This document shows, piece by piece, positions 15,211 through 23,986 of a stretch of DNA of 24,000 bases. Each line of letters starts with the position of its first letter. Position 1 is the first letter of the stretch. The translations under genes and the position numbers were made by a program. The DNA lies in assembly GCA_030614005.1 (NCBI GenBank), contig JAUWKS010000029.1, positions 17,317 to 41,316 of the forward strand, given 5' to 3'. A model generated the notes under the pieces. It saw only the letters and a list, made by a program, of their open reading frames with translations, did not search any database and had not been told where the DNA came from. This stretch comes from Candidatus Heimdallarchaeota archaeon (lineage in GTDB: Archaea > Asgardarchaeota > Heimdallarchaeia > JABLTI01).

Positions 15211-16551
15211 TTAAATAAAATCATTGAAAGCAGTTCTGAACTTTTTACCAGGATAGGCAGCATTGGATTCCAACTCATCATGGATACGTAAGAGTCGATT
15301 GTATTTTGCTGTTCGTTCTCCTCGAGCAACAGAGCCAGTTTTTATTTGACCGGCACATAAACCAACAACCAGATCAGCAATACTTGTATCTTCAGTTTCT
15401 CCACTTCTATGAGAAACAACAACAGAGAAATTTTTCTTCCAGCAGAATTTCGCAGCATCAATAGATTCAGTAATTGTTCCAATTTGATTAATCTTCAATA
15501 GAAGCGAATTAATGGAGTTATTCTTGATAGCCATCTCGAGACGTTTGATACTGGTTACAGTAAGATCATCTCCAACTATTTGGACTTTATCTCCCACTTT
15601 CTTTGTTAATTCAGCGAAACCGGCAAAGGACTCTTCATCAAATGGATCTTCAATGCTAGCAATAGGATATGATTTTATCAGATCCATCCAATAATCAACA
15701 AGTTCACCTTCGGTAATTGATTTCCCATCAATATTATATTTGGAATCAATGAAGAATTCTGCTGCAGCTGGATCTAAAGCAAAACTGATTTCCTTACCCA
15801 CTTTATAACCGGCAGCTTCTGTTGCTTCCTCTAAGAGTGCAAGCGCTTCATTACTTGTGTCTACAGGAGAGCCAAAACCACCCTCATCACCAATATTTGT
15901 AGCTAATGGACCATATTTTTTCTTCAATATTTTTTTCAAGCTCTGGTAAATTTCTGCAACAGATCTGATTCCATCACGAAAATTAGTAAAATCTACAGGC
16001 ATTAGCATAAATTCTTGAGGAGCAAGCTTTCCGCCAGCATGTTTTCCACCATTAATAACGTTAGCCATTGGAATTGGAAGTAAAAACTTCTCAGAAGATT
16101 TTCCATATGCTAAATCGTATATCTGTTTGTAAAGAGGAATTCCATTCTCTTCTGCACTCAATTTACAAGCTGCAAGTGAAACACCTAACATCGCATTTGC
16201 ACCCAGATTAGACTTATTTGGAGTACCATCTAATTCTAACATAGTTGTATCAATTAATCGAACATTTCTCGAATCAAATCCTTTCACTGCAGGAAAGATT
16301 TTATCATTGACATTGCTAATCGCTTGCAACACGCCTTTCCCATGAAATCTCTTGGGATCTTTATCGCGCATTTCAAGAGCTTCATTACTACCTGTGCTTG
16401 CACCAGATGGAACAGCAGCGATAACAGTTGTTCCTCCATCAGAAGTCATTTCAACTTCAACTGTTGGGTTACCTCGAGAGTCCAAAATTTCTCGAGCATG
16501 AATTTTCCTTATCTTGAATTTTGTATCATCTGACAAATTAATAACATCCAT
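15211..16551 (-). CDS. eno: Enolase (2-phosphoglycerate dehydratase)
   Basis: IRKIHAREILDSRGNPTVEVEM at the N-terminus, then GASTGSNEALEMRD, SHRSGETEDTSIADL and KTGSVARGERTAKYNRLLRI. These are unmistakable enolase signatures over the full length (446 aa). Confidence 0.97.
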   Translation of the reverse strand: MDVINLSDDTKFKIRKIHAREILDSRGNPTVEVEMTSDGGTTVIAAVPSGASTGSNEALEMRDKDPKRFHGKGVLQAISNVNDKIFPAVKGFDSRNVRLIDTTMLELDGTPNKSNLGANAMLGVSLAACKLSAEENGIPLYKQIYDLAYGKSSEKFLLPIPMANVINGGKHAGGKLAPQEFMLMPVDFTNFRDGIRSVAEIYQSLKKILKKKYGPLATNIGDEGGFGSPVDTSNEALALLEEATEAAGYKVGKEISFALDPAAAEFFIDSKYNIDGKSITEGELVDYWMDLIKSYPIASIEDPFDEESFAGFAELTKKVGDKVQIVGDDLTVTSIKRLEMAIKNNSINSLLLKINQIGTITESIDAAKFCWKKNFSVVVSHRSGETEDTSIADLVVGLCAGQIKTGSVARGERTAKYNRLLRIHDELESNAAYPGKKFRTAFNDFI

Positions 16552-16633
16552 TAATTACTTGATAAAAGTTAATTTAGTTTTAGATAAAAATGTAGCGATT
16601 TACAAGTGTAATAAAAGAAGAAAAGAAACTATT

Positions 16634-16771
16634 TTAGATGCTTTTTCTCTCTAGTCTTTTTTCTCGATTTTTCACTATATACCCAAATAGGCTATAACCA
16701 TTGAAGAGTGCAATGAAAAGCATTCCTAAACCTAATAATACAACAATTAACCATCTTTTATCGGTATTCAA
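16634..16771 (-). CDS. Small single-pass membrane protein (45 aa; not in the ORF track)
   Basis: My own translation from a TTG gives LNTDKRWLIVVLLGLGMLFIALFNGYSLFGYIVKNREKRLERKSI, one TM helix with a basic tail. This is a weak call. Confidence 0.3.
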   Translation of the reverse strand: MNTDKRWLIVVLLGLGMLFIALFNGYSLFGYIVKNREKRLERKSI

Positions 16772-17270
16772 TAACTATCCCCATAATGATTGAATATTAA
16801 AATATTGCTAATTAGAAGAAGCAAGATTGTTTATATTGGAAAAAAATAATCTATAAGTTGACAATTTTCGCTTCGAATCTGGGAATTGAAAATGCTACAC
16901 CAAAAAAGCTCCTAAATTACTCTACAAATAAGTTCGAGCAGCTAAAAGTGCTAGATCTATTACAAGACACGTTTTCACATGTGAGGAATTACAATGTTAT
17001 CTAGCTGAACACTGTTAAGTTTGAAATCAAAAACTTGCATTAGATTTCATTGATGAATGGTTAACAACCCAATTGAATAGGAAGATTGTGAAGCAAAGAA
17101 CAGTATAGTTCACGTTATGTACTCTATTTTTGTCCAACAGTCTATTTATTATACAAAGTTTGAACTCAATAGAAATGGTTACATGAGTTAATTCAAGGTA
17201 TTTGTACGAGAAAAAAAATCTTTATATATGCAATCAACACAATTATTCCTTGATGTTAAAAGTTTCATTT

Positions 17271-19139
17271 ATGGGAATTTATTTGAGACGAAAAATATTT
17301 TTCTTATTAGTATTAATGATTTTGAATTTTGGCTTAGTAAAAACTGAATTGAATGGTGAGAGTAATACTCAGTTTATTGTTTCAATTAAAAATCAATCAA
17401 TTATAAATAGCTCCTCATATAGTGATTGGTTTGCTTTGGTTATTAATCAGCTTTATACGCAGGATTTATTGACTGATGATTACAATGAAACCAAATTTCA
17501 TTCAGCATTTATTGATGTAGTAACTAACGCAAAGTATTGGCCAGAGGAACTAGCGATAAATAAAGAGGAATACTTAGATCCCTCAGTTGAAGAGATTGTT
17601 GTTTCAACTCCAACTGAATTGAATGGTTCCCTTCTAATGTTTAATCCTTATTATCTAAATTATTATACTCCATATCTCACAGAATTTTTTCTGTTTAGCC
17701 TAGTTGATTCTTTAAATGCAACTACTAAATACCATTCATGGGATTTTTCAGAAGAAATAACACAAGTAGGAACAATTGAGAAATTCATTAACGCTTCACT
17801 TAACACATTGCTCTTACGAGAAGTCAATGGTAAAATAGTTGGTAGAACTTTTGATTACGCTAATAACTACTCTAGTATCAGCAACTTAAGATCTGCATTG
17901 AAATGGCTTGATTATTCATTTAATACTTCTTTACTAATAGCAACAATCCAAAAACAAATCGATAGTCTTTCAACAGTAACCTTCCCTAATTGGTATTCAT
18001 CAGCAGCTTATGGATTATTATGTATTGAAACTGGTCAAGAATTTTCTAATAATTCTCTTGTTAACTTTGGTGAATCAGTTATAGATTATCTTTGGAACAA
18101 TAAAGAGTTCACTAACGATGATGATTCAGAAGGTTATAAATTTACAATAGCACTAGATTTAGTTGATTATAATAATAGCTATGCAAAGGAAATAACAGAT
18201 TTCGGTATTAGTTTATTATTCCCTAATATGGGAGTTGATTTACTACAACCTATAGTGGCTTCACAAGAATACTATAATTATCTCAAAAATGATACTTTTC
18301 ATTCCATTTATTTATATTACAATATCTTTGACTTGTTTGAATTAATGGAAGTTTTGGATGAACATTATCCTGAAAAAAACTATCCAACAATTCAAAAGAA
18401 AATAATGAATTACTACTTCTCAATATGTTACTATTCGCCTGTATTAAATAGATATACCATGGATTATTCAACACATGCATCTCTACTTCTAAATGATTTT
18501 TATTCTAGTCAGGATATTTTATTTAGAGGTCATCTATTTTACTTGGCAAAACTCCTTGGGCAATACTGTTCTGAATTTGGTGCTATTAATGATACTGAAG
18601 CGCCTATGCTTGAAACATTCTATGCTACTGGAAAGAAAACAGTATTTACTGATAATGGTGTTTTTGTTAATAATCAGTTCAAAGCAATAGATAACAATTT
18701 TACATTAATTGCTAGTTGTGAAACTGAGGGATATTTTCTACTAAAAATTATCATGAGGGATGAGCTTTCTGGATTTGTGGATTCAAAATTTGTAATTGAT
18801 AATTCAACAATTTTCTCGCCATGTGACAATAGTAACAATACACTCTTACCCTTTCAGTATACAAATCACACTGTAACTAGTGTAATTAAGAAAGATTTTG
18901 ATCAGAGTATTTTCTATTATCTATATTCAAAAATGCTAGTAACAAAAGTTTTTGCACTGTATGCCTATGATAAAGTAGGAAATGTTAGGATATCAACAAT
19001 AATCTTTAAGCCGATAACTACAAATAACGAAGGAAGGGCTTATATCATAGGAATAAATACAATTTCAATAATGACTTTATATGGTATTGCAACGGTTATT
19101 ATTTGGCGAACACTTGAAAAACGAGTAAAGCGAGAATAA
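17271..19139 (+). CDS. Large secreted, C-terminally anchored protein of unknown function, sequon-rich
   Basis: MGIYLRRKIFFLLVLMILNFGLV looks like a signal or anchor sequence. A C-terminal TM helix (IIGINTISIMTLYGIATVIIW) is followed by RTLEKRVKRE. Many N-x-S/T sites. The ORF is open from a TTG at 17202. Confidence 0.6.
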   Translation: MGIYLRRKIFFLLVLMILNFGLVKTELNGESNTQFIVSIKNQSIINSSSYSDWFALVINQLYTQDLLTDDYNETKFHSAFIDVVTNAKYWPEELAINKEEYLDPSVEEIVVSTPTELNGSLLMFNPYYLNYYTPYLTEFFLFSLVDSLNATTKYHSWDFSEEITQVGTIEKFINASLNTLLLREVNGKIVGRTFDYANNYSSISNLRSALKWLDYSFNTSLLIATIQKQIDSLSTVTFPNWYSSAAYGLLCIETGQEFSNNSLVNFGESVIDYLWNNKEFTNDDDSEGYKFTIALDLVDYNNSYAKEITDFGISLLFPNMGVDLLQPIVASQEYYNYLKNDTFHSIYLYYNIFDLFELMEVLDEHYPEKNYPTIQKKIMNYYFSICYYSPVLNRYTMDYSTHASLLLNDFYSSQDILFRGHLFYLAKLLGQYCSEFGAINDTEAPMLETFYATGKKTVFTDNGVFVNNQFKAIDNNFTLIASCETEGYFLLKIIMRDELSGFVDSKFVIDNSTIFSPCDNSNNTLLPFQYTNHTVTSVIKKDFDQSIFYYLYSKMLVTKVFALYAYDKVGNVRISTIIFKPITTNNEGRAYIIGINTISIMTLYGIATVIIWRTLEKRVKRE

Positions 19140-19331
19140 TTTGAAGCTAATAACTGCCTCACTTTTTTTATTTACATTTGATTTTTGTTTTAGAAATGAA
19201 TTATCCTTAACACTAGCATATGTTACCTATCTTATAACTTCATTAAATTCTCCTTGGGTAAGCAGAAATAACTAGAAACAAGATTTGTTAAACAATAAAA
19301 ATAATCGTCTATGAGAAAAGGAAAAGAAAAA

Positions 19332-19469
19332 TGGTGCGGAGGGCGCGATTTGAACACGCGAACCTCTACAGGAAAGGATATCCTATTCCATCTGGCCCTG
19401 AGGGTTACTCGATCGACTTGATCGGGGATCTTAAGTCCTTCGCCGTTGACCTAGCTGGGCTACCTCCGC
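19332..19469 (-). tRNA. tRNA-Leu, anticodon UAA, with a 50-nt intron at 37/38 (19380-19429), CCA encoded
   Basis: The reverse complement reads GCGGAGG TA GCC..GGC G AAGGA CTTAAG [intron] A TCCTT TCCTGTAGAGGTTC GCGTG TTCAAAT CGCGC CCTCCGC A CCA. It is class II with a long variable arm, and the exons total 88 nt. Confidence 0.9.
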
Positions 19470-19633
19470 AATAGAATATATCAACAGCATCTCAGTAATT
19501 ACTTTTTGTTTTTTATTCTGTTAAAAAGTTTTGTGTAGAATAAAATATTATCATTTAGCTATGTTATTTTGCAAAGTAGCAAAACTATTTAAGAGAACTC
19601 TAATTTAGCATTCATTAGAAACTAAAGCTGTTA

Positions 19634-19752
19634 GCCGAGGTAGCCTAGCCTGGTATGGCGGTGGTCTCGAAAATCTTTGGTCGAGAACCTTTTCTCTCGA
19701 GTAAACCACTGCGTGCAAGCGCTCGGGGGTTCGAATCCCCTCCTTGGCACCA
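19634..19752 (+). tRNA. tRNA-Ser, anticodon CGA, with a ~32-nt intron at 37/38 (about 19672-19703), CCA encoded
   Basis: Reads GCCGAGG TA GCC..GGC G GTGGT CTCGAA [intron] A ACCAC TGCGTGCAAGCGCTC GGGGG TTCGAAT CCCCT CCTTGGC A CCA. The intron segment TCGAGAACC pairs with the exon segment GGTCTCGA, as a bulge-helix-bulge substrate would. Confidence 0.9.
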
Positions 19753-19929
19753 ATTTTACTAATTGGCACCAAAGTTAAATGAATAAATCAATGAATTGTT
19801 TTTGGGATTTTTCTAAAACTAAAATTCTTCTCATTTGGCTCCATTCAATATCACTCTCGAGAGTGTCAACTTTGACAAAGATTAATTCTGCTCGAGAGAA
19901 ATAAACACCACTAAAAAAAAGGAGAAGTT

Positions 19930-20325
19930 TTATTGAAAAATAAATGTAGAAATAAAACTTCCTAAGAAAAATATGTGAAGTGCTAACAAAAGACTGTTTG
20001 TAATTAAACCAAATTTTGCTATTTTTCTTTTTCCTTTTTTTATGCTAAGGGCACCTGTTACTATACCAATTATATTACATATATTAAAAGTAATAATAAT
20101 AGCAAGGATGCTATAGGTTCCAATATATTCCCAAGCATAGTGCATTATTATTATTAGTAACCACCATACTGTGATAAGGAAAAATAAACCTAAAGAAAAT
20201 GAAACATAGGATAATGTAGTAAATAGTTTTTTTCTATTAGTTTTTTCATTTGAATTAGTGTTAACTTCATTTAAACTTCCATTTTCTTGAGGAGATGTTT
20301 CTCCACTTATTTTATTTTCATTCAT
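19930..20325 (-). CDS. Small polytopic membrane protein (3-4 TM), unknown function
   Basis: A polar N-terminus is followed by hydrophobic segments (LFTTLSYVSFSLGLFFLITVWWLLIII, YSILAIIITFNICNIIGIVTGAL, LITNSLLLALHIFFLGSFISTFIF). The ATG at 20325 follows GGAG. Confidence 0.55.
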   Translation of the reverse strand: MNENKISGETSPQENGSLNEVNTNSNEKTNRKKLFTTLSYVSFSLGLFFLITVWWLLIIIMHYAWEYIGTYSILAIIITFNICNIIGIVTGALSIKKGKRKIAKFGLITNSLLLALHIFFLGSFISTFIFQ

Positions 20326-20681
20326 CAAAAGTCCTTACTCCTTTACATCTAAAAATAATTTTTCAGACATAATACCTTTTAGTACCCCAAATGTTGAAGT
20401 ATGCATTTCATCACTATAAAGATCATTGAAATTGTCTTTAATATCTATGCCAAGTGAAGTAATATGTTTTGCGTAGAGTAATTATGCATTATTGAAAAAT
20501 ATGTGTTCTTCACTATCAAAACAAATAGAATGTTTTTAATGAAAAATATGAATGAATGAATGTTTTTGTAACCTTGTTACACCTAAAAGGAGAAGTATTA
20601 CAAGCGAAGGTTTTCCAGACCGATTTTCACTTGCTTTTTTGCTTGAACAGGTTCTGCTGTTTATTATTCAACGAAGAACAT

Positions 20682-20996
20682 TTATCGTGAAAGTTCTATT
20701 TCTACGTGAATGTCATCTGGCATTTTTACTCTCATTATTTGTTTGAGAGTTCTCTCTTCTGCATCGATATCAATTAATCTTTTATGGATGCGCATTTCAT
20801 AATGCTCAAAAGTTTGTGTACCATTTCCACATGGGGATTTTCTTACTGGTACGGTTATTACTCTTGTTGGGAGAGGTATTGGCCCTTTCATTCGTACGCC
20901 TGTTCTTTCAGCAATTTTTTTTACTTGATTGCAAACACTTGCCAATGAATCAGTATTTTGGCCGCTTAATCTTATTCTTGCGCGGTGCGCTGACAT
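20682..20996 (-). CDS. rps10: 30S ribosomal protein uS10
   Basis: RIRLSG.N...[25 protein letters not shown]...[27 protein letters not shown]...L.QIMR matches archaeal and eukaryotic uS10/S20e over the full length. Confidence 0.95.
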   Translation of the reverse strand: MSAHRARIRLSGQNTDSLASVCNQVKKIAERTGVRMKGPIPLPTRVITVPVRKSPCGNGTQTFEHYEMRIHKRLIDIDAEERTLKQIMRVKMPDDIHVEIELSR

Positions 20997-21154
20997 TTTT
21001 AGTTTTCCTACCTATTATTGGTTTGGCTTTTTTTCTCTAGATTTCTTTTAAAAAACTTTCCATTGTGTTTTATTGGTTCTTAAACAAGTAGAGCTCTTCT
21101 TAGAGCTAATATTTATCTAATGAAACATCAGATAATTTAGATGGGGTTATTACT

Positions 21155-21601
21155 TTGTTTCGTCCTTCTAAAGAACTTTTAACCGATCCTGGAATTAGAT
21201 ATCTTGAATATTATGGTATGCGCTATATTCGAGCTTATTCGGGTATAAAGATCGGTATGGCAATAATGAGTGGTATATTTTTTAGTGTTGTAATGGTTAC
21301 TTTTTCACTTCATGTTATGGATGATTTTATTCCATTCTATTATATTATGAGTGGAATGGGCGGGATCTTTTTCCTACTAGCAGTTATTTTCGTATTATTT
21401 TTTCCAGATAGGAGATTTTTTAAGTACATAGTTGAATTACGTGATAAAAACGCAGTTACGGAACTCAAAGAAATACTTTACAAACCAGGTATTAAATCTA
21501 CATTAGCTATGTTGGCATTAATTGATTTAGGTGAAGTTGAACCCGAAACCTTCTATCGAATGAGTAGAGGTAGTGATCAGCAATCTTTGGGTGGATTATG
21601 A
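21155..21601 (+). CDS. Hypothetical membrane protein (2 TM) with a soluble C-terminal tail
   Basis: TTG-initiated ORF with TM segments IGMAIMSGIFFSVVMVTFSL and MSGMGGIFFLLAVIFVLFF. No recognised family. Confidence 0.4.
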   Translation: MFRPSKELLTDPGIRYLEYYGMRYIRAYSGIKIGMAIMSGIFFSVVMVTFSLHVMDDFIPFYYIMSGMGGIFFLLAVIFVLFFPDRRFFKYIVELRDKNAVTELKEILYKPGIKSTLAMLALIDLGEVEPETFYRMSRGSDQQSLGGL

Positions 21602-21785
21602 ATGCGATTGAAGTTAAGATTTTAATAGCTTGAATTGTAAAAGAATATCGTTCCGTTTTCATTCTTTATAAAGGAACTTTATTGTCACAATCGATGACAA
21701 AGTTAAAATAAGAGTAAAAATCGTTTTTCGTTCCACTGGCAATTGAGGGTGAGATTATCCAAGATTCCAGTATTAAAGTTTAGTC

Positions 21786-21793
21786 TTATAAAA
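21786..21793 (+). promoter_or_regulatory. TATA-box-like element upstream of the uL3 operon
   Basis: TTATAAAA lies ~65-72 nt upstream of the rpl3 ATG (21858). A GGAG Shine-Dalgarno-like site at 21845-21848 lies between them. Confidence 0.35.
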
Positions 21794-21857
21794 TAGAGAC
21801 TTCAAACTTTAGGCTTTGAAAAAGCCAATCGTAAAAGTTCGATTGGAGAAAATTATC

Positions 21858-22853
21858 ATGGGTCATCGTAAGAGTAACGCACCACACCAGGGATCACTCT
21901 CCTTCAGAAGAGTCCGAGTTAAGACTCAGAAGGGAAAAATACGATCTTGGCCTGATTGGGATGGAGCCCCTAAGCTCCTTGGATTCGCAGGATTCAAAGC
22001 CGGCATGACGCATGTGACTGTCATCGAGAATCGAAAGAACAGTCCAATGTTCAACCAGGAACGCATTGTTCCTGTAACTATATTAGAATGCCCACCTCTC
22101 AAGGTGATTGGTATCAGGGGATATCGTTATACCCCCACAGGACTTGCTATTGCTGCTGAAGCAATGATCAAGGACCTTCCTAAAGAACTTAGTCGAAGAA
22201 TGATTCTTCCTAAGAAGTATGATGCCAAAGCACGACTAAAAACCCTACAAGAGCGTCTAGGGTCAATTTATGAATTGAGAGCTATTGTCATGACGAATCC
22301 ACAACAAGCAAAACTTCCGCGTAAGTCACCTGATATCCTTGAGATAAAAGTTGGCGCTAAAGAAATGACGGAAGGCTTTGAGTTTGTTAAATCCCTTTTA
22401 GGTAAAACAGTCACACTTGATTCTGTTTTTGAGATCGGTGAATTAATTGATACCATAGGTGTTACAAAAGGTAAAGGTATACAAGGGCCTGTTAGAAGGT
22501 TTGGAATTAAGATACTTCCTCGAAAGACTCGAGGAGTTAAACGAAAACCTGGAGCATTAGGTCCATGGACTCCCTCTCGTACTATGTACACGGTTGCACA
22601 CCAAGGTCAGCATGGGTACCATCAACGTACTGAGTATAACAAGCTCATTATGAAAATTGGTACTAAAGAGGAGAATATTACTCCTGCTGGCGGTTTTAAG
22701 AGATTTGGTTTTGTCAACAGTGATTTCGTAGTTATGAAAGGTAGTATCCAAGGACCACCTAAAAGACTCATAACTTTGAGGAGTCCGATACGGGGTAAGA
22801 AACCCGTAACTGCACCTGAAATATTGCAGATTTCCCTCAGCAGTAAAATGTAG
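21858..22853 (+). CDS. rpl3: 50S ribosomal protein uL3
   Basis: MGHRKSNAPHQGSLSF..., FAGFKAGMTHV, GVTKGKGIQGPVRRFG and GQHGYHQRTEYNK are uL3 signatures. The ATG at 21858 follows GGAG; the track's upstream TTG at 21816 would add a non-conserved 14-aa extension. Confidence 0.95.
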   Translation: MGHRKSNAPHQGSLSFRRVRVKTQKGKIRSWPDWDGAPKLLGFAGFKAGMTHVTVIENRKNSPMFNQERIVPVTILECPPLKVIGIRGYRYTPTGLAIAAEAMIKDLPKELSRRMILPKKYDAKARLKTLQERLGSIYELRAIVMTNPQQAKLPRKSPDILEIKVGAKEMTEGFEFVKSLLGKTVTLDSVFEIGELIDTIGVTKGKGIQGPVRRFGIKILPRKTRGVKRKPGALGPWTPSRTMYTVAHQGQHGYHQRTEYNKLIMKIGTKEENITPAGGFKRFGFVNSDFVVMKGSIQGPPKRLITLRSPIRGKKPVTAPEILQISLSSKM

Positions 22854-22867
22854 GAGATAAGAAAAAA

Positions 22868-23698
22868 ATGAAGACTAAAATTTATGGTGCAATTGGTTTA
22901 GCTAAAAAAGCACGGGTAGAATTACCCGAAGTTTTTGACACACCCTATAGACCTGATCTTATTAAACGGGCTGTCTTAGCCGTACAAAGTACTAGAAGAC
23001 AACCGAAAGGAACTAAATATCACGCAGGTTGGACTGTAGCTTCAAGTTGGGGCACAGGTAGAGGTGCTGCTAGAACTCCAAGAAGTCATGGAAGCAGAAC
23101 TCATTCAGCATCTAGAGGTGCATTAGTGAATTACACCGTTGGTGGTAGAGTAGCTCACCCCCCTAGAGCCGAAAAGAAAATTGTTGAGAATATCAACAAA
23201 AAAGAACGTCGTTTAGCAATTCGCAGTGCTATTGCCGCTACATCTAACAAGGATTTAGTCCTTAACCGTGGTCATAGAGCTGCTAGTTTTGAATTACTAC
23301 CAATCATTTTTGAGGATGGAATTCATGATAAAATCGCTAAAACTAAAGACGCTATAGAGCTTCTTACAAAAATAGGCTTGATTAATGACATTGAACGATC
23401 CAAACAAGGAAGACATATCCGAGCCGGAAAAGGCAAAGGTAGAGGACGTAAGTATAAGAAACCTGTCGGACCACTTTTTGTTATTGACAGAGAATCTAAC
23501 TTCTGTAATTCTATAAGAAACCTTTCTGGTGTTGAAATTGTCGATGTAAAGTACTTGAATGCTGAAATGCTCGCACCTGGTACTCATGCAGGTAGATTAA
23601 CTGTCTGGATGGAAAAAACTATTGATATCATCAATACAACCTATCCTAACAAGAAAATCACTGCATCTAAAGCCAAGAAAGCAGCAGCTACAAAATAG
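22868..23698 (+). CDS. rpl4: 50S ribosomal protein uL4
   Basis: RPDLIKRAVLAVQS.RRQP.G....AG...S..SWGTGRG.AR.PR and the conserved operon position after rpl3. GGAG upstream. Confidence 0.93.
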   Translation: MKTKIYGAIGLAKKARVELPEVFDTPYRPDLIKRAVLAVQSTRRQPKGTKYHAGWTVASSWGTGRGAARTPRSHGSRTHSASRGALVNYTVGGRVAHPPRAEKKIVENINKKERRLAIRSAIAATSNKDLVLNRGHRAASFELLPIIFEDGIHDKIAKTKDAIELLTKIGLINDIERSKQGRHIRAGKGKGRGRKYKKPVGPLFVIDRESNFCNSIRNLSGVEIVDVKYLNAEMLAPGTHAGRLTVWMEKTIDIINTTYPNKKITASKAKKAAATK

Positions 23699-23713
23699 GA
23701 GATTTGAACACAA

Positions 23714-23986
23714 ATGAGTCTTGAAGAAAACTTATACTCGATAATTATTGCTCCTTTTAGTAGCGAAAGAATTTTCGAGCTAATTGAGAGTCAAAATAAG
23801 CTTGCTTTTATTGTTAAGCGCACAGCGAATAAGCAAACAATAAAACGAGCCATTGAAAAACTCTACAATGTGAAAATTGTAAAAGTAAATACAATGATCA
23901 CTCCAAAAGGCAAGAAAAAGGCTATTGTTCGTTTACATGAAACATACAATGCTGTTGATCTTGCTACAGCCTTAGGATTAATGTAA
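23714..23986 (+). CDS. rpl23: 50S ribosomal protein uL23
   Basis: II.AP..SE......E..NKLAFIV...ANK..IK.A.EKLY.VKV.KVNT......GKKKAIV.L, plus its position after rpl4. GGAG upstream. Confidence 0.93.
   Translation: MSLEENLYSIIIAPFSSERIFELIESQNKLAFIVKRTANKQTIKRAIEKLYNVKIVKVNTMITPKGKKKAIVRLHETYNAVDLATALGLM

Noticed and set aside
20540-20660. Possible C/D-box sRNA or other ncRNA downstream of rps10 (ATGAATGA repeats and the hairpin TGTAAC-CTT-GTTACA at 20567-20581)
   Set aside because: There is no proper C (RUGAUGA) or D (CUGA) box pairing on either strand. The hairpin alone is short and may simply be a terminator-type structure.
496-23587. Remaining overlapping track ORFs: 496-705, 5339-5581, 5774-6028, 10475-10735, 10602-10826, 11772-12086, 14765-14959, 15512-15694, 16324-16533, 18283-18480, 18493-18690, 20552-20746, 20816-21040, 22268-22591, 22557-22751, 23297-23587
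   Set aside because: Each is embedded in, or antisense to, a longer ORF with recognisable homology or coherent membrane/secretory architecture. None shows a motif or ribosome-binding site of its own.
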